NCBI GenBank assembly: GCA_041660565.1
Contig: JBAZWC010000001.1
Coordinates: forward strand, 302,481 to 366,480
DNA length: 64,000 nt
DNA from: Patescibacteria group bacterium
GTDB lineage: Bacteria; Patescibacteriota; UBA1384; CAJBMM01
Direction: 5' to 3'
Shown: piece after piece, positions 36,910 to 45,767 of the stretch
How the letters are laid out: the number at the start of each line of letters is the position of its first letter
How positions within the stretch are numbered: the first letter of the stretch is position 1
The notes under the pieces: model-generated
What the model saw: only the letters and a program-made list of their open reading frames with translations
Database searches by the model: none
Told to the model about the DNA's origin: nothing
Program-made: the position numbers and the translations under genes

Positions 36910-37284
36910 CTAATTGGAATGATTGGATTCTTTTATTGTGACCGATGGTTCGGAACTATAAACCGGCGCCACCGGGCTTGAAAAATGTCCATGATTTACG
37001 TTAGCTGATGTTGAAACCGGAATATCCAGTGCAAACGCCAGCGAATTTGCCGTAGCCACACCTATTCGGGTACCGGTGAAAGACCCGGGGCCGGGATTAA
37101 CCACAATTGCATTTAGATTAGACAGTACAATTTTATTTTGTTTTAACAATTGATCAATTTTTGGCAACAGCTCCGACCCTAAATTACGCCCGGATTCCCA
37201 CGCAATTTGGTCAACTACTTGCTTGTCGATTATGATTTCGAGTTTAGTTGTTTCAGTTGTAGTGTCTATTGATAATATTTTCAT
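36910..37284 (-). CDS. tsaB: TsaB (YeaZ)-like protein, N-terminal domain only (124 aa)
   Basis: SIDTTTE...NPGPGSFTGTRIGVA motif. Confidence 0.6.
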   Translation of the reverse strand: MKILSIDTTTETTKLEIIIDKQVVDQIAWESGRNLGSELLPKIDQLLKQNKIVLSNLNAIVVNPGPGSFTGTRIGVATANSLAFALDIPVSTSANVNHGHFSSPVAPVYSSEPSVTIKESNHSN

Positions 37285-37294
37285 TCTTTTCCTT

Positions 37295-37372
37295 TGTCAT
37301 CCCGGGCTCGACCCGGGATCCAGACTATAAAAGACTTTATTATATAGATTCCGTGTCAAGCACGGAATGACA
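37295..37372. repeat. hairpin pair TGTCATCCCGGGCTCGACCCGGGATCCAGACTATAAAAG + ATTCCGTGTCAAGCACGGAATGACA; second hairpin encodes the last 9 codons and stop of tsaE
   Basis: Family of 9419-9490; tsaE ends ...CHSVLDTESI* inside hairpin. Confidence 0.65.
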
Positions 37373-37789
37373 TGCTCGTGTTATTGTTTCAAACAATCTT
37401 AAGCTTTCTTCATCCTCACCATGATTCTCGATTAAAACCTGTCGTTTTTGACCAATCCGGCTTAGTGTAAGATGAATATGACCAAAAGATTCGATTACTG
37501 GCTGTTTTTCCGGCCATTCAACAATCGAAATCACATCTTTTGACCCAAGCAACTCGTCTAAACCAATCGATTTTACATCGTCTATTTTTCCGGTACGATA
37601 CAAATCTATATGCGCTAAAATATTTTGATCTGCTAACTGGTACTCGTTTATCATTACAAATGTTGGGCTTGATACGCTTGACTGAACGCCCAATTCTTTT
37701 GCAATCGATTGCGTTAGCGTGGTTTTGCCCGCACCAAGCTCTCCGGTCAAAAAAATCACCTCACCACCAATACAACTCCGTCCTATCAA
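37340..37789 (-). CDS. tsaE: tRNA t6A biosynthesis ATPase TsaE (YjeE)
   Basis: P-loop GELGAGKTT, SPTF motif. Confidence 0.8.
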   Translation of the reverse strand: MIGRSCIGGEVIFLTGELGAGKTTLTQSIAKELGVQSSVSSPTFVMINEYQLADQNILAHIDLYRTGKIDDVKSIGLDELLGSKDVISIVEWPEKQPVIESFGHIHLTLSRIGQKRQVLIENHGEDEESLRLFETITRACHSVLDTESI

Positions 37790-37817
37790 TTGGCCCAGTT
37801 TATCTGTATCAGCTAAA

Positions 37818-39482
37818 TTATTTAGTTTTAGATAAAAAGAAGATTTTATAAATCACCACCTCGGTTACTATCAGACCTAAATAATACCACGTTTGATCTG
37901 ATTTGTCACTGGATTGCGTATCTGTTTGTTGATACGTGGTCGCCGTTATAAACTCGGTTGGTGCAATAACTGATGTCGAATTAACGACCGACGCGTACAC
38001 AGTTGTCGTTTTTACCACTGCCGGTTCAATCATCTGCCAATCAGTCGCGGCAATTACCCAGTCTCCGCTACTTTTTTGATATCTAAGCCCAAAAATCGCA
38101 ATTTTATCTTTAATTTTAGGGAGATTTGACGGATAATTTAACCATTCCGCTTCAACAATCGTCCCATCTACCAACTTAATTTTCCAGCCCGATTTTGCCA
38201 CACTGGTCAAAACCCCACTCACCCCAATCCAAGCGGAATCGACGTTGGCCGACCCGTTAAGCACTTCGATGCTGTACGCCCCATGCATCAAAATACTGTT
38301 GCCCTTACTGTTTACCGTGCCGTAAATTACCACATTCGATCCCCGCACCATCCCAGGCGGCGGCCGACCAACGGTCCAATCTAAAATATACGGTTTATCT
38401 AACATAATTAACGCCTTGTCTTCGGCAATTACGCCCGGCTCAGCCAGTAGATATCCTCGCCAGATTCCTTTTTCTCTTGGCGCAAGCTCAGCATAATCAT
38501 TTGGCTTGATTGAGTGTAATGAGGGCATGACGATTTTAAAATGATATTCGCTAGTAATTCCCACTACATCGGTTGCGATAATCACCCCGGAATATCTAAC
38601 CGATGGGACAAGCGAGCTAATAGTGTTGGTATGGCTTTTGGTTAAAGATTTATAATTTTTAGTGATTGCTTTAAGATCGCTTTGCATTGGTGTCAGAACA
38701 ATTTGCGTGGTTGTTTTTTCATCGGTATGCCAATGCAATTTTATTTGATCAACCTGAATTTCGACATTTAGTTGATCGATTGCCGGCGGAGTATGATCGA
38801 TTATAATTTTTCCTACAACTTGAGGCGATCCTGAAACGTCGATTGATGAAGTGGCAATACCAGAGATAATGTATTCTCCATCTGGAGCATTTATCGGAAT
38901 AAGTTGAGCGATATCCCAACCTTGATCCAAAACCAAAGCAGTTTGATTATATAAATTACTGTCGCTTTTGGCTGATAGAGTAACCGACGCCGCATTTGAC
39001 GAGCCAAAAAAGTGAGACTGGTTAGCACTAAACTCGCTGTAAATTGTAAATGCTGGCGGATCAACCATTGTTATTACAATGTCGTTGATTTGGGTTGATA
39101 CAATTTCTGCACCACCATTTGATAATAATCGATATGACAAATCGTTTTTCACAAAATCTGGCACTGAGGTAAAAATAGTATTTGATGTAAGACACAAATA
39201 GTAAGTTTTACCATCCGAGATAAACTGAACGTATTTATCAGACGCGGCCACTAAAGCAGAAGGCGCGGCCAAAAGTGGTTGAACAGCCCCATCCCCAAGA
39301 CGCACAAAAATCGCCTCGTATCCCAGGCGATTATCGTTCCAAACCAATTTGTCCCCGGCCCACAGTGGATTTGACTGAATATCGGCGGTGTTAAGCGTCC
39401 AAAACGCCAACGTGGAACGAGAAAAGAAAATCCAAACCAGCCCCACTGCCACAAAAATAATCCCCCGTGAGAGATTTCTCAT
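37818..39482 (-). CDS. hypothetical envelope protein (N-terminal signal anchor, C-terminal TM)
   Basis: 554-aa ORF, hydrophobic termini. Confidence 0.4.
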   Translation of the reverse strand: MRNLSRGIIFVAVGLVWIFFSRSTLAFWTLNTADIQSNPLWAGDKLVWNDNRLGYEAIFVRLGDGAVQPLLAAPSALVAASDKYVQFISDGKTYYLCLTSNTIFTSVPDFVKNDLSYRLLSNGGAEIVSTQINDIVITMVDPPAFTIYSEFSANQSHFFGSSNAASVTLSAKSDSNLYNQTALVLDQGWDIAQLIPINAPDGEYIISGIATSSIDVSGSPQVVGKIIIDHTPPAIDQLNVEIQVDQIKLHWHTDEKTTTQIVLTPMQSDLKAITKNYKSLTKSHTNTISSLVPSVRYSGVIIATDVVGITSEYHFKIVMPSLHSIKPNDYAELAPREKGIWRGYLLAEPGVIAEDKALIMLDKPYILDWTVGRPPPGMVRGSNVVIYGTVNSKGNSILMHGAYSIEVLNGSANVDSAWIGVSGVLTSVAKSGWKIKLVDGTIVEAEWLNYPSNLPKIKDKIAIFGLRYQKSSGDWVIAATDWQMIEPAVVKTTTVYASVVNSTSVIAPTEFITATTYQQTDTQSSDKSDQTWYYLGLIVTEVVIYKIFFLSKTK

Positions 39483-39540
39483 ATTATAATTGTAGAGCTA
39501 TTCAATTTTTCAGACAAGTGCCTGAGTCGCCATGAATTTT

Positions 39541-39610
39541 AAATTTTAAAGGCAAAATTTTAAATGAATAAGTACCGAATGATTAAATTTTATAAAAGTT
39601 CCTTATTTAG
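39541..39610. repeat. ~65-bp repeat, inverted copy of 54776-54838 (ctaaataaggaac..aaatttaatcattcggtact.attcatt..)
   Basis: Near-identical in reverse complement. Confidence 0.6.
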
Positions 39611-39662
39611 TCATTTAAAATTAGCAACCATTCATTTGAAATTGAAAATTGAAAATTGAAAA

Positions 39663-40685
39663 TTAAATTATAAGCATGCAATCGCCAAAAGAGAGAAAAC
39701 GATAATTTGATTTTTGGGCGTGATCGTATAAATCAAATAACTTAGTTCGCCCCGTAAGCGCCGAAACCAACATCAGCAGCGTAGATTTTGGCTGATGAAA
39801 GTTAGTCAATAAGCAATCGACCACTTTGAACCGATAGCCCGGGGTAATAAACAAATTTGTCTCCCCAAAATACGGCTGATTTCCGGCTGATTCAAGCGCC
39901 CTGGCCACAGTGGTCCCAACTGCCACCACCCTGCCCCCATTGGCTTTTGTCTGATGTATGAGGTCAATTACCGCCTGAGACACCTCTACCGCCTCTGAGT
40001 GCATTACGTGATCGTTCGTATTTTCCACCCTCACCGGCAAAAACGTGCCCAGCCCAACATGCAAAATCACTTCCGCGGTTTTAACTCCGCCTTGCTTCAG
40101 CTTCTCCAATAACTCCGGTGAAAAGTGCAAACTGGCGGTAGGTGCGGCCACGCTACCCAATATTTTGGCGGTAATGGGTTGATATAACTCGTCTTCAAAA
40201 CCGGCTAGTTGCGGGTTGTGAATGTAAGGTGGCAGAGGCAGGTGACCAAATTCTTCGCAAAACAGGATGAAATCGGGGGATGATAAATTGGTTTGAATAA
40301 TAAACCGCCCCATCCCATCGGTTAATTTATTAATTATTTCACAATGAACATCATCAAATCTTATCTTTTCTCCAATCTCGATGTTTTTCCCCCTAAGTAA
40401 ACACTCAAATTGTCCATCTTTACTCAGTGATTTTAAAATTAACGCTTCGATTTCTTTGCCGTCACTCTGGCGAACTCCCATCAACCGCGCGTGCCTCACT
40501 TTCGAGACGTTAAAGACAAGCAAATCTCCTGAGCGAATAAACGAGGGCAAATCTGCCACCGTTCTATCTAAAATTCGATCTGCTTCTCTGCTATACACCA
40601 GCATTTTTGCTCGCTCACGCGGTCGCACCGGTGCTTGAGCAATTTTATTCTCGGGCAAATTATAATCAAACAGGTCAACTTTCAT
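39663..40685 (-). CDS. queA: S-adenosylmethionine:tRNA ribosyltransferase-isomerase QueA
   Basis: QueA family similarity across length (…LPLPPYI…). Confidence 0.85.
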   Translation of the reverse strand: MKVDLFDYNLPENKIAQAPVRPRERAKMLVYSREADRILDRTVADLPSFIRSGDLLVFNVSKVRHARLMGVRQSDGKEIEALILKSLSKDGQFECLLRGKNIEIGEKIRFDDVHCEIINKLTDGMGRFIIQTNLSSPDFILFCEEFGHLPLPPYIHNPQLAGFEDELYQPITAKILGSVAAPTASLHFSPELLEKLKQGGVKTAEVILHVGLGTFLPVRVENTNDHVMHSEAVEVSQAVIDLIHQTKANGGRVVAVGTTVARALESAGNQPYFGETNLFITPGYRFKVVDCLLTNFHQPKSTLLMLVSALTGRTKLFDLYDHAQKSNYRFLSFGDCMLII

Positions 40686-41395
40686 CTCAAATACACTACC
40701 TGACCTTCTATTAGTTCAATTGGATCTGACGTTGCATTATTTTTCTTGGATACCTGACGCTCAACTCTTTCCGGAATATATTTTATCGGTTTTTGGCTGA
40801 TTTGGTCAAACCACGACTGATCCGTTTCGTCTCTGCCTTTAACCATTGTCATTTCGACCCGTGGAGCTGGCTCGAGCGACCGCGTTGGAGAAATCTGAGA
40901 AAGAATCCTTACAGGTCTTTCTGCGGGTTCGTTCCATTCTCGATTGAGACTGACACTGGAATCAAAGCGCATTAACGGAAAGGTAATCACATTCCCAGCC
41001 ATCATCAAATGCATCACACCAAGATTTACACGTTGATGTAGTTTGGAAGGATACCTAATTGTCATCTTTTCGATCTGTAATTTATCAACCGCAAATCGAA
41101 CTATCTGCCATTTTCTGACTAAATTAATCTCAAATTTGTCCTGATCAAAAATTAGCAATGAATTTAGCCAACGCCAATAATATTGCATAAGATTATAGAG
41201 GTCGAGACACACGAAAGCTAGCGCGATCACAAAAATTATCCCGGCCAAATTCGGGTTTGAAACCAACAGATTGTTCACAACTAGTAATATCAATACAATC
41301 GATGCAATTTTTATAATTGATCTTAGCACGGCCGTTACCAATCCAAGCCAATGTGGATGTAAAGTAATTGTGTTTGAACTAATATTTTTATTCAT
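40682..41395 (-). CDS. hypothetical membrane protein containing an in-frame half-MITE (encodes ...RSLEPAPRVEMTMVKGRDET...)
   Basis: 2 TM N-terminus; repeat at 40847-40908 lies inside ORF. Confidence 0.4.
   Translation of the reverse strand: MNKNISSNTITLHPHWLGLVTAVLRSIIKIASIVLILLVVNNLLVSNPNLAGIIFVIALAFVCLDLYNLMQYYWRWLNSLLIFDQDKFEINLVRKWQIVRFAVDKLQIEKMTIRYPSKLHQRVNLGVMHLMMAGNVITFPLMRFDSSVSLNREWNEPAERPVRILSQISPTRSLEPAPRVEMTMVKGRDETDQSWFDQISQKPIKYIPERVERQVSKKNNATSDPIELIEGQVVYLR
40847..40908. repeat. half copy of MITE-like element inside coding sequence
   Basis: TGTCATTTCGACCC...GGAGAAATCTGAGAAAGAATCC. Confidence 0.6.
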
Positions 41396-41486
41396 GACAA
41401 TTCAATATATCACACTCGGAATAACAAAAAAACGCCTTCCGCGCTGTTTAAAAATTTAAAATTTAAAATTTAAAATTTTGGAGATG

Positions 41487-41562
41487 TGGTAGCGGTGGGT
41501 AGAATTGAACTACCGACCTCGGCCTTATGAAGACCTTGCTCTAACCGCTGAGCTACACCGCC
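41487..41562 (-). tRNA. tRNA-Met/Ile2 (anticodon CAT), elongator type
   Basis: Manual fold: GGCGGTG acceptor, D, anticodon loop TTCATAA, TTCAATT T-loop, CCA encoded. Confidence 0.65.
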
Positions 41563-41576
41563 ATAAGTATTAAATT

Positions 41577-41651
41577 TGGTGGCGGGGGTAGGATTCGAAC
41601 CTACGACCTTGAGGTTATGAGCCTCACGAGCTGCCGCTGCTCCACCCCGCT
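41577..41651 (-). tRNA. tRNA-fMet initiator (anticodon CAT), A1·C72 unpaired, CCA encoded
   Basis: AGCGGGGTGGAGCAGC...CTCATAA...GGTTCGAATCC...CCCCGCCACCA, close to E. coli tRNAfMet. Confidence 0.65.
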
Positions 41652-41703
41652 ACATTATTTATATGTTACCATATTTTTATTTTTTTAGCAATCTATTTTT
41701 CTC

Positions 41704-41824
41704 GTCATTCCCGCGAAGGCGGGAATCCAGCCTATAATAAAATTCATATTTTTCTGGATCCCCGAATATAATGTCGGGACGCTTAGCGCCCCTAAGTCCC
41801 GCTTAGCGGGACGGGGATGACAAA
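41704..41824. repeat. composite repeat: GTCATTCCCGCGAAGGCGGGAATCCAGCCTATAAT + reverse copy of double-hairpin element
   Basis: Matches 9475-9490 and revcomp of 8657-8725. Confidence 0.65.
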
Positions 41825-41903
41825 GGGCATAACGTCGTTGACTCTATTTGAAGTAAGTGGTACAACTAACTTTGGAAACTTAATCGCTTCACGGGGGTGA
41901 GTG

Positions 41904-42221
41904 ATGGAGATTGCGCTGGTTGAGGTGTACCCACCCGATAACTGTCTTGGTCGGGTGGCAGCGTTCAGAATAGATCAAGAATCGGATACGTTGGAGGGAA
42001 TCCAACTGGCTCAAGACTATACTCGCGAACATGGCACAGATAAGGATCGCGGCCGTGGCCTGCAAGGCCCGCAGAACGGATTCGTGGTGATGGTCGCCAG
42101 AGACGAATATGGGCTTTGGGTGCGCATTAACACCGGGGAGATTGACCCGGACAATGTCTCGCAACTCAAAGCGCATGTTTGCAAGGACTTCTCTTATGCT
42201 TTGAACGGCACTAGCCCGTAG
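41904..42221 (+). CDS. hypothetical protein, GC-rich, paralog 1 (…YPPDNC…LAQDYTREHG…QNGF…)
   Basis: RBS GGGGGTGAGTG-ATG; ~30% identity to next gene; opposite-strand ORF judged artifact. Confidence 0.4.
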   Translation: MEIALVEVYPPDNCLGRVAAFRIDQESDTLEGIQLAQDYTREHGTDKDRGRGLQGPQNGFVVMVARDEYGLWVRINTGEIDPDNVSQLKAHVCKDFSYALNGTSP

Positions 42222-42298
42222 GCCAACCGCCTGCGGGTTGAACTTTGCCATAAAAAATGGTATAACTAACACAACGCTAGCACGACGGAGGGAAACAA

Positions 42299-42652
42299 TT
42301 GAGGATCACGGAGGTTGTGCTGTACCCGACGATGCCTTGCCGTCGCCTGGCATCGTTGAAGTTTGGCCCGTTATCCGATCTGACCGAAGCTGTCTGCCTG
42401 GCGCAGATCTTCACCAGAAGGCATGGCAATGGCGACTTCCTGCCAGATGGACAGATAGGCGTCCAGAACGGGTTCCAGATTCTGCCGTACGAGTCAATAA
42501 ATCGTGCCTGCTCAGTGGTCATATACTCAACAAATGACACCTGTAGGAAACAGTGCAAGGCACTTATCAGCGGCCTTCGAACATCAGGCATTGTCAAAAC
42601 GCCAACCGTCCGCAACGAGATCGAGATCAACAACCCACCATACTGGGCTTAA
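42299..42652 (+). CDS. hypothetical protein, GC-rich, paralog 2 (TTG start; …YPTMPC…LAQIFTRRHG…QNGF…)
   Basis: RBS GGAGGG-6nt-TTG; paralogy on plus-strand frame. Confidence 0.4.
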   Translation: MRITEVVLYPTMPCRRLASLKFGPLSDLTEAVCLAQIFTRRHGNGDFLPDGQIGVQNGFQILPYESINRACSVVIYSTNDTCRKQCKALISGLRTSGIVKTPTVRNEIEINNPPYWA

Positions 42653-42710
42653 ACCGCCCAACTCACGCCCGTGGAGCCATCCGGCTCTGCGGGTTGCCTT
42701 TTTTGAGACC

Positions 42711-42795
42711 AGTTAGGGGGCTTAGGGAATTTTAGGGAAGTTAGGGGTACCATCGGCCCTCCCAATGCCCCTAATCACCCCACCCCCCCTAACCA
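42711..42795 (+). repeat. TTAGGG/CCCTAA palindromic element E1
   Basis: G-rich arm (ttaggggg cttaggg..ttaggg..ttagggg) then C-rich arm (ccctaa units). Confidence 0.7.
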
Positions 42796-42798
42796 CCT

Positions 42799-44598
42799 TC
42801 AGTTCTTCAATAATTTTAGAAACACTTCGGTAGGAATATCTACCTTACCGATTCTTTTTAACCTTTTTTTACCGGCTTTTTGTTTGTCTAATAATTTATT
42901 TTTTCGAGTTACATCTCCACCATATAATTTGGCAGTAACGTTTTTGCCTACCGCCGGAATGTCTTCACGAGCGATTATTTTGCCGCCAATGGCTGCTTGC
43001 AACATCACCTCAAATAATTGGCGTGGGATTAAAGTTTTAAGTTTGGCTAAAATGATGCGGCCTTTTTCGATTGCGGTTGATCGGTGCACAATTTGACTAA
43101 GCGAATCTACTTCTTCGCCGCCGACTAGGATGTTCAGTTTAACCAAATCACCGGTGCGATATTCAAGCATCTCGTAGTTCATTGAGCCGTATCCCGAAGT
43201 AATGCTTTTAAGGCGATCGTAAAAGTCGACAATTAACTCAGAAATTGGCAACTGATATTTTAGAATGGCACGATCTTCATCTAAATAATCTAAGTTAACA
43301 TAGATGCCACGCTTGTTTCCCGCCATCTCCATTACCGCACCAATGTTACTTTTTGGCAGCACTATTTCTACCACTGCCCACGGCTCGGCTATTTCAGCAA
43401 TTTTAGTAACTTCTGGCAGTTCGGATGGGGTGTGGATAATGATGGTCGATTCGACACCGTCAGCTTGTTTGTTTATGGTGATTTGGTACGAAACACTGGG
43501 CGAAGTGGCAATTAAATCCAAATTATATTCGCGCTCTAACCGTTCTTTAACGATTTCCATATGTAATAAACCAAGAAAGCCGCATCTAAACCCAAATCCC
43601 AGCGCTTCAGAGACTTCCGGTTCATAAATTAACGCAGCGTCGTTTAGTTTTAGCTTGCCCAACGCTTCACGTAATTCGGGATATTGGTTTGCATCAACGG
43701 AGAAAATGCCAGCGTAAACCAGCGGCTTGACTTGACGATATCCTTCAAGCGCAGCTACATTTTGGTCTGATTCAAGCGTTACCGTATCACCAACGCGCGC
43801 CAAACTAACATCTTTGAAACCAGTGATAATATAGCCAATTTGCCCGGCACAGATTGTATTTGATGGTTTAAGAGTTGGCGAAAAATATCCCACCTCAATT
43901 ACGTCGGTTTCACTTTTGACCTGTATCATCCTGATTTTTTGATGCGCTTTTAACGCGCCACTGGTTATTCGAACATACGCAATCACCCCGCGATACGGGT
44001 CAAAAATGCTATCAAAAATGAGTGCCTTTAGCTCATTACTGGGATCAATTTTTGGAGCAGGAGTACGTTCAATTACGGCGGCTAGAATTTCATTTACGCC
44101 TTGACCAGTTTTTCCTGATGCAAATATAATTTCATCTTTAGAGATTCCGAGCAGTTTAACAATTTCTTCACTAACCTTTTCCGGCTCGGCTGATGGTAAA
44201 TCAATCTTATTGACTACCGGAATAATGGTTAAATTATGCTCCATTGCCATATACAAATTGGCCAGAGTTTGCGCCTCAATTCCTTGCGCCGCATCAACAA
44301 GGAGGATCGCGCCCTCAACCGCGGCCAAGCTGCGCGACACTTCGTAAGAGAAATCGACGTGTCCGGGGGTATCGATTAGATTTAGCTCATATTCCTGGCC
44401 TTGGAATTGGTAGTGCATTCGCACTGGTTGCAATTTGATGGTAATACCACGCTCGCGCTCGATATCCATAGTATCGAGAAGCTGTTCTTTCATTTCGCGC
44501 TTGGCTACGGTATTGGTTACTTCTAAAAGACGATCGGCAAGAGTGGACTTGCCGTGATCAATGTGTGCAATAATACAAAAGTTTCGAATATTGTTCAT
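42799..44598 (-). CDS. lepA: elongation factor 4 (LepA)
   Basis: GTPase motifs AHIDHGKST, DTPGH; LepA C-terminal domain. Confidence 0.9.
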   Translation of the reverse strand: MNNIRNFCIIAHIDHGKSTLADRLLEVTNTVAKREMKEQLLDTMDIERERGITIKLQPVRMHYQFQGQEYELNLIDTPGHVDFSYEVSRSLAAVEGAILLVDAAQGIEAQTLANLYMAMEHNLTIIPVVNKIDLPSAEPEKVSEEIVKLLGISKDEIIFASGKTGQGVNEILAAVIERTPAPKIDPSNELKALIFDSIFDPYRGVIAYVRITSGALKAHQKIRMIQVKSETDVIEVGYFSPTLKPSNTICAGQIGYIITGFKDVSLARVGDTVTLESDQNVAALEGYRQVKPLVYAGIFSVDANQYPELREALGKLKLNDAALIYEPEVSEALGFGFRCGFLGLLHMEIVKERLEREYNLDLIATSPSVSYQITINKQADGVESTIIIHTPSELPEVTKIAEIAEPWAVVEIVLPKSNIGAVMEMAGNKRGIYVNLDYLDEDRAILKYQLPISELIVDFYDRLKSITSGYGSMNYEMLEYRTGDLVKLNILVGGEEVDSLSQIVHRSTAIEKGRIILAKLKTLIPRQLFEVMLQAAIGGKIIAREDIPAVGKNVTAKLYGGDVTRKNKLLDKQKAGKKRLKRIGKVDIPTEVFLKLLKN

Positions 44599-45209
44599 TA
44601 ATTTACCACTGTTGCGGTTATTTGACCTTGCTCAAGCTTTAGATTTGTTATTTTACCAATAATTCGACTATTTATCAAGTTTGATAGCGAATCTGCTAAT
44701 CCGGCACGCACTTCGGTAGTCGCTAAAGGCAGCAACCGCACCCCAGCTACGGTAAGATCGTTTACACTGACAGTTAGCTTACCATTAGAATCAACCTTTG
44801 GGATCCAATAAAATATTAACGGCAGATCGGTAGGTGTGGTGTAAGTACCGGTAGTTTCTATTTGAGTGGCAGTTGTTTTGGACGAAAGGTTTTTGGTGTT
44901 TGGGATATTTAATTGAGTGATAATGTAGTTTATTTGACTATCGGTAATATAGACAAAATATTCTTGACTATTATTAGATGGTTTTGGCAGTATCACCTGA
45001 AACCATTTGGCCGAAAATGAGGTTGAGTTCCATGCTTTTTTGCTTAAGCTATCGCGAAATGGCACAATAATCCAGATTGTGAAAAATATTAGACCCATAA
45101 TTAGTAACACAATCAGCACAAACAAAGCCCACGGAGACAACCGCAAATAAGAATGCAAATTGGTTTTTTGGGTTTTTAGACTTGACATTTTGTAACCCTT
45201 TTGATACAT
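44598..45209 (-). CDS. hypothetical membrane-anchored protein
   Basis: Single N-terminal TM. Confidence 0.35.
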   Translation of the reverse strand: MYQKGYKMSSLKTQKTNLHSYLRLSPWALFVLIVLLIMGLIFFTIWIIVPFRDSLSKKAWNSTSFSAKWFQVILPKPSNNSQEYFVYITDSQINYIITQLNIPNTKNLSSKTTATQIETTGTYTTPTDLPLIFYWIPKVDSNGKLTVSVNDLTVAGVRLLPLATTEVRAGLADSLSNLINSRIIGKITNLKLEQGQITATVVN

Positions 45210-45212
45210 TAT

Positions 45213-45767
45213 CTATAGATTTGGACGTAGCGGTGCCGATTTACCTGAAGTCATTGCGACCTGGTATTTAAGCGCTGGACGTCCATTTTTTGTTGAAAAA
45301 CATTCCTTGTATATTGTTTCAAATGACAATATCAAGTCAGTTTTGTATTGCTTATGAAGTGTTTTAATCGCTCGGTCATGAGCCTCGGATAGCTTACCAA
45401 GGAGAGAGAAACTTACCATCGGATCAGGTATTTTTTTATCAGCGCATAAAGCATTTATAATTTTAATAATATTTTTTTCCTGACCAGGGTATTCTATATC
45501 TATGATGACATCAGGCTCATGTATCAAATCCGGTTTAAATAATAAATAACAGGCAGCACTAAAAACATAGATTACAAAATCTCGGGGCCGCCCTACCTGC
45601 CGAAAGATATCCTGCAACCGTCTTTTGGTGCGAGCAGATATCTTAACTGAACGAAACTGCTTGGACTTACCCATGTAAGATACACACGCCAAAACCGTGT
45701 CTTTTTGTGTTTGCTCAACTTTGCCCGATTGGTCAATATATATTTTCATAGAGGATTTATTCCTCAA
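45213..45767 (-). CDS. hypothetical protein
   Basis: ORF overlapping murJ start. Confidence 0.35.
   Translation of the reverse strand: MRNKSSMKIYIDQSGKVEQTQKDTVLACVSYMGKSKQFRSVKISARTKRRLQDIFRQVGRPRDFVIYVFSAACYLLFKPDLIHEPDVIIDIEYPGQEKNIIKIINALCADKKIPDPMVSFSLLGKLSEAHDRAIKTLHKQYKTDLILSFETIYKECFSTKNGRPALKYQVAMTSGKSAPLRPNL

Noticed and set aside
41889-42633. Minus-strand ORFs 41889..42272 and 42277..42633 as the real genes of the GC-rich pair
   Set aside because: Paralog conservation (LAQxxTRxHG, QNGF) and RBS-supported starts are on the plus strand. The minus-strand translations show no comparable similarity. This remains uncertain without Ka/Ks analysis.
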